The notes below the pieces were generated by a model. That model did no database searches. It saw nothing but the letters and a program-made list of their open reading frames with translations, and was not told the DNA's origin. Both the position numbers and the translations under genes were made by a program. From the IMG/VR virus record IMGVR_UViG_3300033067_000328, positions 1 through 41,842 of that record: a stretch of 41,842 nucleotides of DNA; one strand, given 5' to 3'. Each line of letters opens with the position of its first letter. Within the stretch, counting starts at the first letter, position 1. The DNA comes from a virus. Its lineage: Duplodnaviria > Caudoviricetes. Shown piece after piece: positions 17,450 through 26,336 of the stretch.

Positions 17450-17520
17450 CAGAGCAGGACGCTGCGGCATTGGGCGTCGGGGCCATTGGCTGTTGCGGTG
17501 CGATTCCGCGGCCTGCTCTG
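17450..17520 (+). ncRNA. tRNA-like structured element upstream of the scaffold gene
   Basis: CAGAGCAGG/CCTGCTCTG closing stem; GCGG-TGCGATT-CCGC T-arm-like hairpin; D-arm-like hairpin with GG in the loop. Confidence 0.4.
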
Positions 17521-17539
17521 TCCCTTGATGGAGTAGCAC

Positions 17540-18562
17540 ATGACCGATACAGCCACCCCGATTACGGGCGCTGAATCCGTGAGCGAAGGCAGTCTGGAAG
17601 CGGCTCTGGAACAACAATTCTCAGATACCCCGCAAGAGCAGCCGAAGCCACAAGCAGAAGAAACACCCGTTGCCACGGATGACCCGGAGAGCGGGCTATC
17701 TACCGACGACCTACCGGAGGTCGAAGGGGATGAGCCGGCGGACCCGAATGCCAAGGCTGACGACTTCGCGCTAGACATCGTACACAACGGCGCTCAGGTG
17801 AAACTGAGTAAGGCCGAGACGGTGAAGTACGCGCAGATTGGACTTGATGCGGACCGGAAGTACGCAGCGGCGGGTGAGATGCAGCGCACCTTCCAGGCGG
17901 GCCTCCAGCGCATCCAGGAGCTTGAGCAAGTGCAACCGCTGTTGGCTCAGGAAATGGGCCAAGTGGCGGCGCTGCAAATGAGTCTACAGGACGACCGCTA
18001 TAGCGACACTGAGTTGCTGAAGCTCGCGCAGAGCGGAGACATCCTGGAGTACCAGACGCGGGCAGCGGAGCGCGATCTACTGCGCAACCAGTTCCAGAAC
18101 GCAGCCGGCCAGTTCCAGCAGAAGGCGCAGGCAGTGCAGCAGTACAAGGCACAGCTTGCGGAGACCCAACTGCAACAGGAGCATGCACGACTGCCCGAAG
18201 TGATCCCGGCATGGCGCGACCAAGCCAAGATGCAGGCGGACAAGGCCGACATGGCTAAGTACCTGCAAGGTCTTGGCGTGGACGTGAACCAAGCCGGCCG
18301 CTATCTGGACAACGCGGTGGCAATGAAGATCGTGCGGGACGCCATGAACTACGGGCGTCTATCCAAGCTCAAGGCCGACAAGTCCAAGCAGTTGCGGGCG
18401 GCTCCTCCGGTGGTGAAACCCGGCACGGTTGCCCCGTCAGACAGCGGCAAGGTCCAGTTTGCTAAGGCCGTACAAGGTATCAAGCAAGCGGGCCGACAAG
18501 GCAACACGCGCATGCAGGAAGAACACCTGCTGGGCATGTTGAATCGGACATTCAAAAAGTAA
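17540..18562 (+). CDS. Capsid scaffolding protein
   Basis: Acidic N-terminus, Gln-rich coiled coil, APPVVKPG tail; directly upstream of MCP; GGAG SD. Confidence 0.8.
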   Translation: MTDTATPITGAESVSEGSLEAALEQQFSDTPQEQPKPQAEETPVATDDPESGLSTDDLPEVEGDEPADPNAKADDFALDIVHNGAQVKLSKAETVKYAQIGLDADRKYAAAGEMQRTFQAGLQRIQELEQVQPLLAQEMGQVAALQMSLQDDRYSDTELLKLAQSGDILEYQTRAAERDLLRNQFQNAAGQFQQKAQAVQQYKAQLAETQLQQEHARLPEVIPAWRDQAKMQADKADMAKYLQGLGVDVNQAGRYLDNAVAMKIVRDAMNYGRLSKLKADKSKQLRAAPPVVKPGTVAPSDSGKVQFAKAVQGIKQAGRQGNTRMQEEHLLGMLNRTFKK

Positions 18563-18589
18563 CGGCGTGATGCCGTAACGAGGTAAATC

Positions 18590-19585
18590 ATGACTCAGTT
18601 TGCTGGCACGACTGACACTTTCGACTCGGCGGCTCTGAAGGAGTCGCTGGACCCGGTGATTTGGGACTTGTTCCCGATGGACACGTATTTCCAGAACACG
18701 ATTGACAAGGAATCGGTTGGGAATACGCAACACCAGTGGATTTTCGACTCGCTCGCGGCTGCTGCGAACAACAAGCAGATTCAGGGCGACGACATCGCGA
18801 CGTACTCGACGCTGGCGACGGCGGTTCGCGTGAGCAACTACACGCAGATCGCGCGCAAGGCCATCGCTCTTGCTGACACGCTGACGGAAGGCGTCAACGT
18901 GGTCGGCCAGAACTCGATGGGCCGCGCCATCATGAAGGCGATGAAGGAATTCAAGCGGGACGTGGAATTCGACCTGCTTGGCCGTCAGGGCTCGTCCCCG
19001 GGCGCGACCAACACCGCTGCGGCTTCGGGTGGTGTGCTGGCGTGGATTTGGGGTTCGGGCGCGACGGTTGCCGGTAACACGGTGAACCCGTCCACGACGA
19101 CCACTGGCACCACGCCGAGCTACACGTCGGCGGTGGTTTCGGGTCAGACGGACGGCACGACTGCGGCCTCGTCCATCTCCTACACCGACGTTGAGTCGGC
19201 GGCGGAACTGGCGTGGATCGACGGTGGCGAGCCGGACACCATCATCTGCTCCAACGGGCAGAAGAAGGCGATTGACGCATTCACGTCGCGTGCGACGCGG
19301 ACTGCCGACATCGGCGCTACGGACAAACTGACGGTGCAGGGGACGGTCAACATCCTCGTGACTTCGTTCGGCACGTTCAAGGTCGTGATGTCGCGCTACA
19401 TCCCGCGTAACGCCTGCGTCCTGCTCCAGATGGACAAGTGGGCGATGGGACAACTGCGTGCGCCGAAGGTGAAGGACATGGCGAAGACTGGCGATGCCAC
19501 GAAGAAGCTGATCGTGGGCGAGTACACGCTGATCGCGCGCAATCCGAACAGCTCCGCGAAGGTCGTGGACTTCAAGGAGTCGTAA
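18590..19585 (+). CDS. Major capsid protein (DUF5309/SU10-like)
   Basis: ESLDPVI...HQWIFDSL...NYTQI...KEFKRDVE...MAKTGDATKKLIVGEYTL; GAGGT SD. Confidence 0.9.
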   Translation: MTQFAGTTDTFDSAALKESLDPVIWDLFPMDTYFQNTIDKESVGNTQHQWIFDSLAAAANNKQIQGDDIATYSTLATAVRVSNYTQIARKAIALADTLTEGVNVVGQNSMGRAIMKAMKEFKRDVEFDLLGRQGSSPGATNTAAASGGVLAWIWGSGATVAGNTVNPSTTTTGTTPSYTSAVVSGQTDGTTAASSISYTDVESAAELAWIDGGEPDTIICSNGQKKAIDAFTSRATRTADIGATDKLTVQGTVNILVTSFGTFKVVMSRYIPRNACVLLQMDKWAMGQLRAPKVKDMAKTGDATKKLIVGEYTLIARNPNSSAKVVDFKES

Positions 19586-19596
19586 CCGTAACCGGG

Positions 19597-19627
19597 CGGG
19601 GAGGGGGCAACCTCTCCCCGTTTCTCT
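19597..19627 (+). terminator. Hairpin/terminator after MCP
   Basis: CGGGGAGGGG-GCAA-CCTCTCCCCG followed by TTTCTCT. Confidence 0.65.
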
Positions 19628-19628
19628 C

Positions 19629-19856
19629 ATGGCACTGAAAAGCAAGATTCTGCAAAAGGGCTGCACCGATACGACGGCGGCCGGCACCAACACGCTCAAG
19701 ACGACGGCGATGGTAAATGCCGTGGTCGAGGCGACGCTGGACGCCATCTGCAAGACGGGTGCAGTGACACCGGGCCAGCAGCATATCGCCAAGGACTTGA
19801 AGGCTGACATGCTGACCAACGTGGCGAGCATTCGGATTGCGCTCTACGGATCGTGA
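19629..19856 (+). CDS. Hypothetical protein (possible capsid-associated)
   Basis: 75-aa ORF after MCP. Confidence 0.6.
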   Translation: MALKSKILQKGCTDTTAAGTNTLKTTAMVNAVVEATLDAICKTGAVTPGQQHIAKDLKADMLTNVASIRIALYGS

Positions 19857-19873
19857 TTCATAACCTCACCAGC

Positions 19874-20215
19874 ATGTCCGATGTACGGGGCGAGTATTTC
19901 GATTACGACCCGCTGACTGGCATCTACGAGACGTACGAAGAAACCTCGGACGGGCAAATCCAACTGCACACGTATCAGGATGTCTCCCGCATTGTGGAGA
20001 GTTCCAAGGCGCTCGCCATCTCGGGAGAGCCGGACGAGCAGTGGCGCAAGAACGGCATGACGATGTACGCGCAAATCCCACTGGTGATCGTGGGGCAGAT
20101 GCTGAAGAAGGGCATCAACGTGTTCGACCAGAACCACATTGGCGCGGTGGTGCGCGAGGTCAACACTAACTATCCGCTGCTGAAAACGACCTTCAAGAAC
20201 CACGAGGTCCGATAG
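19874..20215 (+). CDS. Conserved post-capsid hypothetical protein
   Basis: YQDVSRIVE...YAQIPLVIV...KGIN...YPLLKT; start uncertain (19853 GTG or 19874 ATG). Confidence 0.7.
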   Translation: MSDVRGEYFDYDPLTGIYETYEETSDGQIQLHTYQDVSRIVESSKALAISGEPDEQWRKNGMTMYAQIPLVIVGQMLKKGINVFDQNHIGAVVREVNTNYPLLKTTFKNHEVR

Positions 20216-20223
20216 GGGGTTTT

Positions 20224-21630
20224 CTGGACTCGAAAGAGTTGATCCGGCGTGCGGCGACGCTCGCTGACGGAGATGGGCCGGAAGGGGAGCAACCCGACGC
20301 GGCAATGGAAATCTGCCACAAGATATTGGCGGATGAGCCGGACAATCCCGGCGCGCTATTCGTCATTGGGTGCGTTCTGCTCAAGGCGGCGCGACAGGTG
20401 CAGGCGATCCAGGTCGCCCGGCGCCTGACGGAGATTGCCCCGAAGGACCCGCGCGGCTGGGGGCTACAGGCCCAAGCCTTCGCGGAGATGCACAAGTACG
20501 ACGAAAGTCTGCGCTGTGCAGAGCGGGCGCTGACCATTCGCAGGACGCCCCGGACACTGGCTGACATGGCGTATGCGAACGCCAACTCGGGCAACTGGGA
20601 AGAGGCTGACCGCTATTGCAAGGAAACGCTGAAGGCATCGGGCGGCGATCCTGCCAGCAACCGGACCGCGATCACGGATGCCAAGGTCAATCAGGCGTAT
20701 GTAGACCTTGCCATGGGGCGGTGGGTGGAGGGCTTCGAGGGCTTCCGCCACACCATGCGTACCAAGTGGCGCAAGGAGCGGGTGTACGACGGGGCGGATG
20801 GGGACACAAAGGAGTGGTTCGGTGAAGAGGGCGCGACGGTTATCGTTACTGGCGAGCAGGGCCTTGGGGACGAAATCATGGCGGCAGGGGTCGTACCCCA
20901 AGCCGCCGCAGCATGTAAAAAGTTCATTTTCGACTGCGATCATCGGCTTGCCCCGTTGTTCGTGCGGTCTTTCCCCAATGTATGTGTCGTCCCTGGGCGG
21001 CGGACTGAGCAACTCGTCCTCCCCCGCGAAGTAGGTCTGCCGACGCACCACAAGACGCTGTTTGGGCTGTGCGAGTTGTTCCGGCGCAAGGATGAGGACT
21101 TTCCCCGCCAAGCCTTCCTGACGCCCAGCTCCGAGTACGTGAGCATGTTCCGCGAGCTGTTCGGCGGGCAGAAGGTGATCGGGCTGGCGTGGAGCGGCGG
21201 GCTTCCGCGAACGGGGCAGACGCCTCGCGCGGCGGGGCTTAACGCATTCCTGCCGTTGCTGCGCAAGGGTGGCGCCGAGTTCGTCAGCCTGCAATACAAG
21301 GACGACGCGCAGGAAGTGGCGCAGCTCTACAAGGACCACGGTATCCGTGTCCGTAGGCTGCCGTGGGCGACGCAGGGGCAGGACATTGACCTGTTGGCGG
21401 GACTGCTAGGCGCCTGCACAGAGGTTATCGGCGTGCATACGTCGGCGCTGCACCTGTCCTCTGCCATTGGCACTCCGACGACGGTATTGACGCATCGCGG
21501 GTCAGGGTGGAGATACGGCTACGGCGACAAGCCGCTGCTGTGGTATCCGCCGACCACGCAACAGTTCCGCAAGAAGATGGGCGAGTCCTGGCGCGACTGC
21601 GTGTCGCGGCTGGCGGAGGTGCGCAAATGA
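20224..21630 (+). CDS. TPR-repeat GT-B (GT9-like) glycosyltransferase, FlmG/FlbA-like architecture
   Basis: N-terminal TPRs; GEQGLGDE, CDHRLAPLFVRSFP, IGLAWSGG, FVSLQY and TSALHLSSAIGTPT; start CTG 20224 or TTG 20239. Confidence 0.8.
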   Translation: MDSKELIRRAATLADGDGPEGEQPDAAMEICHKILADEPDNPGALFVIGCVLLKAARQVQAIQVARRLTEIAPKDPRGWGLQAQAFAEMHKYDESLRCAERALTIRRTPRTLADMAYANANSGNWEEADRYCKETLKASGGDPASNRTAITDAKVNQAYVDLAMGRWVEGFEGFRHTMRTKWRKERVYDGADGDTKEWFGEEGATVIVTGEQGLGDEIMAAGVVPQAAAACKKFIFDCDHRLAPLFVRSFPNVCVVPGRRTEQLVLPREVGLPTHHKTLFGLCELFRRKDEDFPRQAFLTPSSEYVSMFRELFGGQKVIGLAWSGGLPRTGQTPRAAGLNAFLPLLRKGGAEFVSLQYKDDAQEVAQLYKDHGIRVRRLPWATQGQDIDLLAGLLGACTEVIGVHTSALHLSSAIGTPTTVLTHRGSGWRYGYGDKPLLWYPPTTQQFRKKMGESWRDCVSRLAEVRK

Positions 21631-21842
21631 AGATCGATGTCTTGGAGTTGGCGAGGCAGGACGATCACGAGCGCGTCATGGTCGTGTTGACCGCTGGCGG
21701 CCGAGTGCACAGAAAGGTCGTCATCGTCCCGGAAGACGTGGCGTATCGCAAAGCCGCTATTCGCAAGGCTGTGGGCGATGCGCTTAAAGACGAGCTGTAT
21801 GAGGCGTGTCCCGAAGGGCGCCATCTGTGGTGTTTCGGGTGA
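21627..21842 (+). CDS. Hypothetical protein, 71 aa
   Basis: GGAGGT SD; ATGA and GTGA overlaps. Confidence 0.65.
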   Translation: MKIDVLELARQDDHERVMVVLTAGGRVHRKVVIVPEDVAYRKAAIRKAVGDALKDELYEACPEGRHLWCFG

Positions 21843-22633
21843 TCGGCTACTGCGTCCCCAACACGCCGAATCTCGCGTCTTACCGGCTACGGGTCGCCAT
21901 CCCCGCCGAGCATCTGACGGTGCCATATGCGATAGGCGTGACGGGTGCGCCGACGTTCTTCTACAAGAACGGCAACGCGCGGCTGGCCGAAGTCCTGACC
22001 GGCGGTGTCGTGTACGACGTGGTGAACGATCACTTTACGGGCAAGTGGGCGCGCGAGTACCACGCCATGTGCAGCGTGGCCGACGCGATTACCACGGCCA
22101 GTGACGTGATGGCGGCAACGGTCAAGTCCCACACCGGGCGGGATGCGGTGGTGATCCCGGACCCGTACGAGACAGAGTGTCGGCCCGCCAGTTGCGAGGG
22201 CGCTGGTGTGCTGTGGTTCGGGCATGTGGCGAACGTCAAGAGCCTGATTCCGTACTTGGATCGCATCCCAGTCACGGTCTGCTCCAACTTCGCCACCGCG
22301 CATGTGCAGTGGTCGCTGGACAACGAAGCGCGGTGCCTGCGTGGTGCCGCTGTTGTGCTGATGACCGGCAGCAATCCCGGGGCCTCTGCTAACCGGGTGG
22401 TAAAGGCGATACGTGCGGGGCGGTTCGTGGTCGCGCCTGACGACTGTCCCGAGGCGTGGCGAGAGTTGGCGGATTACATGTGGATCGGGGATGCCGTAGA
22501 AGGCGTCCGCTGGGCGCTCAACAACCGCGAGGAAGCGTGCAAAAGGATAACAGCAGGGCAGAAGTACACGCAGGAGAGATTCACCCCGAGCTTGATCGCC
22601 AAACAGTGGCAGGACGTATTTGCCTCGATCTAG
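21839..22633 (+). CDS. GT-B (GT4-like) glycosyltransferase
   Basis: ASYRLRV, VVYDVVNDHF, ADAITTAS, VIPDPYE, LWFGH and SANRVVKAIRAG. Confidence 0.7.
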   Translation: MIGYCVPNTPNLASYRLRVAIPAEHLTVPYAIGVTGAPTFFYKNGNARLAEVLTGGVVYDVVNDHFTGKWAREYHAMCSVADAITTASDVMAATVKSHTGRDAVVIPDPYETECRPASCEGAGVLWFGHVANVKSLIPYLDRIPVTVCSNFATAHVQWSLDNEARCLRGAAVVLMTGSNPGASANRVVKAIRAGRFVVAPDDCPEAWRELADYMWIGDAVEGVRWALNNREEACKRITAGQKYTQERFTPSLIAKQWQDVFASI

Positions 22634-23136
22634 GCGTAGGCGACAAGAAGGAGAAAGGGTGGATCGGGGTCGATAAGCGATCCGCTGGCAAGGTACAGCC
22701 GGAGGTCATTGCCGACCTGGAAGGGCGCCTGCCGTTCGATGACGATTACGCCGACGAGATTCGGGCGATCCACATCATCGAGCACTTCTGGCCCTGGGAC
22801 GTGAGCAGGATTCTCGCGGAGTGGGTGCGGGTGCTGAAGCCGGGCTGCAAGCTGGCGATTGAGTGTCCCGACATCAAGAAGGTGCTGCAACTGGCGATGG
22901 TCCCCGAGATTCCCCCGTCGATGACGTACTGGGCGCTGTACGGGGACCCGCGACACGAAGAGCCGGGAATGATGCACCGCTGGTGCTACTCGCGGCAGCA
23001 GATGGAAAACTTAATGGCAGGTGCTGGGTTGGTCGGCATCAGTCACGAACCGGCGCGCTTTCATCATCCCGTCCGCGATATGCGGGTGGTGGGATTCAAG
23101 CCGCTATCCGAACCACGGATTGTCCTGAATGACTGA
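22606..23136 (+). CDS. Class I SAM-dependent methyltransferase
   Basis: LDLGVG motif I; LPFDDDYADEI.AIHIIEHF; EWVRVLKPG. Confidence 0.85.
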   Translation: MAGRICLDLGVGDKKEKGWIGVDKRSAGKVQPEVIADLEGRLPFDDDYADEIRAIHIIEHFWPWDVSRILAEWVRVLKPGCKLAIECPDIKKVLQLAMVPEIPPSMTYWALYGDPRHEEPGMMHRWCYSRQQMENLMAGAGLVGISHEPARFHHPVRDMRVVGFKPLSEPRIVLND

Positions 23137-23800
23137 GCGTTACCGAATCTTCATCGGCTACGACCCGCGCGAAGCCGTTGCCTACCACGTTTGCCAACAG
23201 TCGATCATCGAGCAGTCGCCGGACCCGACCAAGCTTGAGTTCATCCCGGTATGTGGCGCGCGCCGGGACGGGTCCAATGACTTCATCTACGCGCGATTCC
23301 TGATTCCGCATCTATGTGGGTACAGAGGAAGGGCCTTGTTTCTCGACGGCGACATGATCGTGCGGCGTCCGGTCGAGGAACTGTTCGAGCATTGCAAGAC
23401 GGGTGCCGGTGTGAGTGTGGTCAAGCGGCCCGACTACGCGACCAAGCACCCAACCAAGTATCTCGGCAACCCGAACGAGAATTACCCGCGCAAGAACTGG
23501 AGCAGCGTGATCCTGTGGGAGTGCGGGTACTTCCCGAACCGCAAGCTCACGCCCGAGTTCGTAGCGACGCAGAGCGGGTCTTACTTGCATCGCTTCGGCT
23601 GGCTTACCGACGCGCAAATCGGGGACTTGCCGGAGGAGTGGAACCGGCTGGTGCTGGAAGAGCCGACGAGCGATAACGACGCGCTGCTGCACTACACCAT
23701 CGGCACGCCATGTTTCGCGGAATACGCGGACTGCGACCGGGCGGAAGAGTGGTACGCAGTCTATGGGCGAATGGTCGCCCCACTTGAGCAAATGGGCTAA
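23129..23800 (+). CDS. GT-A glycosyltransferase, GT8/CDI-like
   Basis: IFIGYDPRE, DGD (DxD), YPRKNWSSV, LHRFGWL and LHYTIGTP. Confidence 0.85.
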   Translation: MTERYRIFIGYDPREAVAYHVCQQSIIEQSPDPTKLEFIPVCGARRDGSNDFIYARFLIPHLCGYRGRALFLDGDMIVRRPVEELFEHCKTGAGVSVVKRPDYATKHPTKYLGNPNENYPRKNWSSVILWECGYFPNRKLTPEFVATQSGSYLHRFGWLTDAQIGDLPEEWNRLVLEEPTSDNDALLHYTIGTPCFAEYADCDRAEEWYAVYGRMVAPLEQMG

Positions 23801-23803
23801 CGG

Positions 23804-24406
23804 ATGGCGATTACCACACTCACCGAGTTGCAGACGGCGGTCAGCGACCGTCTGAACCGGGTTGACCTGACGACTACGGTACTCGGGGAATGTGTGGTGC
23901 TGGCCGAAGCCGAGATGCAGCGCGTCCTCAAGACGCTGGACCAGGAGACCAAGGACGCGGCCTACTCCATCACAGGGGAGTACGTGGCCGCTCCTACCGG
24001 CCTCATCGCTATCCGCTCGTTCGTGCTGAACACGAATCCCCGGGTGCCGCTGGAGCAGATGACGAGCGACATGCAGTCGTTTTCGTACAACACGTCGGGC
24101 AAGCCGCTGTTCTATGAGCTGGTGGGCGCCAACCTCCGTTTCGCCCCGGTCCCGGATGCGACCTACACCGCGACTATCGTGTACCTGACCAAGTTTACGG
24201 CGCTGACATCTTCGGCCAACTGGCTGCTGACGGCACACCCCGACGCTTACCTGTACGGCACGCTAAAGCATGCCTGCGAGAAGATTCAGGACTATGCGTT
24301 GAGCGAGCGGTATGACGCCAAGTTCCAAGCGATCCTGCGTGACATCAATACGCAAGCCAACCGTGCCCGCTGGTCGGGTCCGGGCATGCAGGTACGGCCC
24401 GCGTAA
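23804..24406 (+). CDS. Head-tail adaptor protein
   Basis: MAITTLTELQTAV...LAEAEMQR...APVPDATY...NWLLTAHPDAYLYGTL. Confidence 0.8.
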   Translation: MAITTLTELQTAVSDRLNRVDLTTTVLGECVVLAEAEMQRVLKTLDQETKDAAYSITGEYVAAPTGLIAIRSFVLNTNPRVPLEQMTSDMQSFSYNTSGKPLFYELVGANLRFAPVPDATYTATIVYLTKFTALTSSANWLLTAHPDAYLYGTLKHACEKIQDYALSERYDAKFQAILRDINTQANRARWSGPGMQVRPA

Positions 24407-25929
24407 TGCCGCTGCTGTTCGCGCCCGACCTGGACCCGGATCAGCCGGGGAACATTCAAGCCGCGACCGGAATCCGCCCGTCCCTGCGGGGCTACGTGCA
24501 GTTCCAGACGATGCGCGAGTACAACGACTCGTCGGGCTGGGGCGCGCTGGGAACGACCCCGAACAACATGTGGGCGCATCACTGGTCCACGAACGGGCGG
24601 GTGATCGCAGGGTCCGCGACCAAGCTCTATGAACTGTCCCTGACCGGCACCGGGACGTTCAGCGTTACCGATGTCTCTGCCGGCGGCGGCAGCTACACGG
24701 CGCCGTCCTACGCATCTGGCACGGACGACGAGCAAGACCCGTCGTACTGGTGCTATGGCAGCGTGGGTGACAACGTGTACGCCAGTAACAAGTTCACGGC
24801 CCACATGCAGAAGCAGACGGCCAAGGCGGGGTCGTTCGCGGACATTAGCGCCAGCCCGTGTTGCTCGACCATGCTTGCGTTCCAGAACTTCCTGTTCGCC
24901 GGCAATTGCGGTGATTACGGGAGCGTGACCGGCACCAAGGATATGGTGGCGTGGTCCGGTCTCGGGAACGCGGATAGCTGGGTGCCGGATCAAGCGACGC
25001 AGGCGGGCTATCAGAGGCTGCTGGAGATTCCCGGGCGCATAGTGGCGATGAAGCCGCTGGGCAATCAGTTGATCGTCTACAAGCAAAAGGGCATGTGGGC
25101 GGGGACGTACCAGGGCAACCAAGTCATGTGGGGCTTCGTCCCCATCGAATGGAACATCGGCGTCAACGCGGCGTATGACACGCCACCGCCGATTGTGGAC
25201 ATTGGCAATGCCCATGTGTTCGTCGGGCCGGAAGACATCTACATCTTCAACGGTGGACAGCCGCAGAGCATCACCATCGGCACCGTCCGTCGCTATCTGC
25301 GGTCAACGTATTTCAACGTCAACAACGCGCGCCTGACCCCGACCCGCGTATCGCATGACGTGCAGACGGGCGACATCTACTTTTGGGCCTATGGGTTGGT
25401 CTATAACCACTGGTTCAAGAAGTGGGGCGTGCTGCCGTCATCGGATGCGAACGTCGCGGTAGCGGCGTGTGAGAGCAATGCAGCAGGTATCGGTGGCGGC
25501 GCTCCTGGCGTCATCAACGACCCGGGCATGCTGATCGCCAAGTCGGACAAGAAGATTTACAACCGCTATCGCTACAGCACCAACGTAACCGCGTTCACGT
25601 ACGAGGACATGACGATGCAGGTTGAGGGCGGCAATAACGCCATGTCCTCGACGCTGCAACGGGTGGTCCCCAAGTTCAGCGTAACGCCTGCCGGGTCCTG
25701 CACGCTGTCCTACTACCGGCGTCCTGCGTATGGCGGCACGGCAGTATCGGACGGCACCGGGACATGGGATAGCACCAACTACCGGTTCGACCTGTTGCGC
25801 AATGCCTACTGGCACCGCTGCGACATCACCATCGTGTCCTCGTCTTCGTTCTGCGAACTGTCGGACATTGAGTACGTCATGTCGCCCACCGGGAAACGCA
25901 CTGAGCGGCAGTTGGTGAGGGGCGCATGA
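24406..25929 (+). CDS. Tail nozzle / head-closure protein (P22 gp10-like)
   Basis: Follows the adaptor; 507 aa beta-rich; VAWSGLGNADSW...QAGYQRL...GRIVAM. Confidence 0.7.
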   Translation: MPLLFAPDLDPDQPGNIQAATGIRPSLRGYVQFQTMREYNDSSGWGALGTTPNNMWAHHWSTNGRVIAGSATKLYELSLTGTGTFSVTDVSAGGGSYTAPSYASGTDDEQDPSYWCYGSVGDNVYASNKFTAHMQKQTAKAGSFADISASPCCSTMLAFQNFLFAGNCGDYGSVTGTKDMVAWSGLGNADSWVPDQATQAGYQRLLEIPGRIVAMKPLGNQLIVYKQKGMWAGTYQGNQVMWGFVPIEWNIGVNAAYDTPPPIVDIGNAHVFVGPEDIYIFNGGQPQSITIGTVRRYLRSTYFNVNNARLTPTRVSHDVQTGDIYFWAYGLVYNHWFKKWGVLPSSDANVAVAACESNAAGIGGGAPGVINDPGMLIAKSDKKIYNRYRYSTNVTAFTYEDMTMQVEGGNNAMSSTLQRVVPKFSVTPAGSCTLSYYRRPAYGGTAVSDGTGTWDSTNYRFDLLRNAYWHRCDITIVSSSSFCELSDIEYVMSPTGKRTERQLVRGA

Positions 25930-26336
25930 GAGACATCATCCAGCCGGGCAGTCCGGTCCCGGGCCAGCGGCGGGTTGACGTTGAGACGCTGTTTCGTGGC
26001 CGCATCACCGCGACTTCCAGCGGAGCTACGCAAACGCTGTACACCGCCCCGTCCACCACGGGCATCTCTGGCACGAAGAATGAGCGCGCGGTGATTACCG
26101 ACCTGTGGATGGCGAACATCGACAGCTCGGCGCATACGTTCTCGCTGTACCTCGTGGACAGCGATACGACGGTGGACGATGACCGGCTACTGTTCAAGGA
26201 CGTGAGCATCGACGCGAACACGCTGTATCACGTCAACCAAGTGGAATTGCTGATCCCCAACGGCGGCACCATCCGCGCGTATGCGGACAGCGCGAACAAG
26301 GTAGTGGTGAGAGTTACGGGGATGGTTTACCGATGA
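25926..26336 (+). CDS. Tail accessory / fibre-attachment protein
   Basis: TLYTAP...VITDLWMANID...LFKDVSIDAN...GGTIRAYAD. Confidence 0.6.
   Translation: MRDIIQPGSPVPGQRRVDVETLFRGRITATSSGATQTLYTAPSTTGISGTKNERAVITDLWMANIDSSAHTFSLYLVDSDTTVDDDRLLFKDVSIDANTLYHVNQVELLIPNGGTIRAYADSANKVVVRVTGMVYR

Noticed and set aside
17452-17520. Functional tRNA gene
   Set aside because: Too short, no anticodon arm, non-canonical T-loop (TGCGATT), no CCA; kept only as tRNA-like.
18437-19831. Long antisense ORFs (464 aa here; also 5886..7124, 10042..11073, 11296..12333, 12826..13914, 1616..2662)
   Set aside because: Shadow frames of GC3-rich genes with no recognisable motifs.
20224-23800. DNA hypermodification role for the GT/MTase cluster
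   Set aside because: It lies in the late structural operon, has a TPR protein-binding domain, and there is no phage polymerase or base-synthesis gene; not formally excluded.
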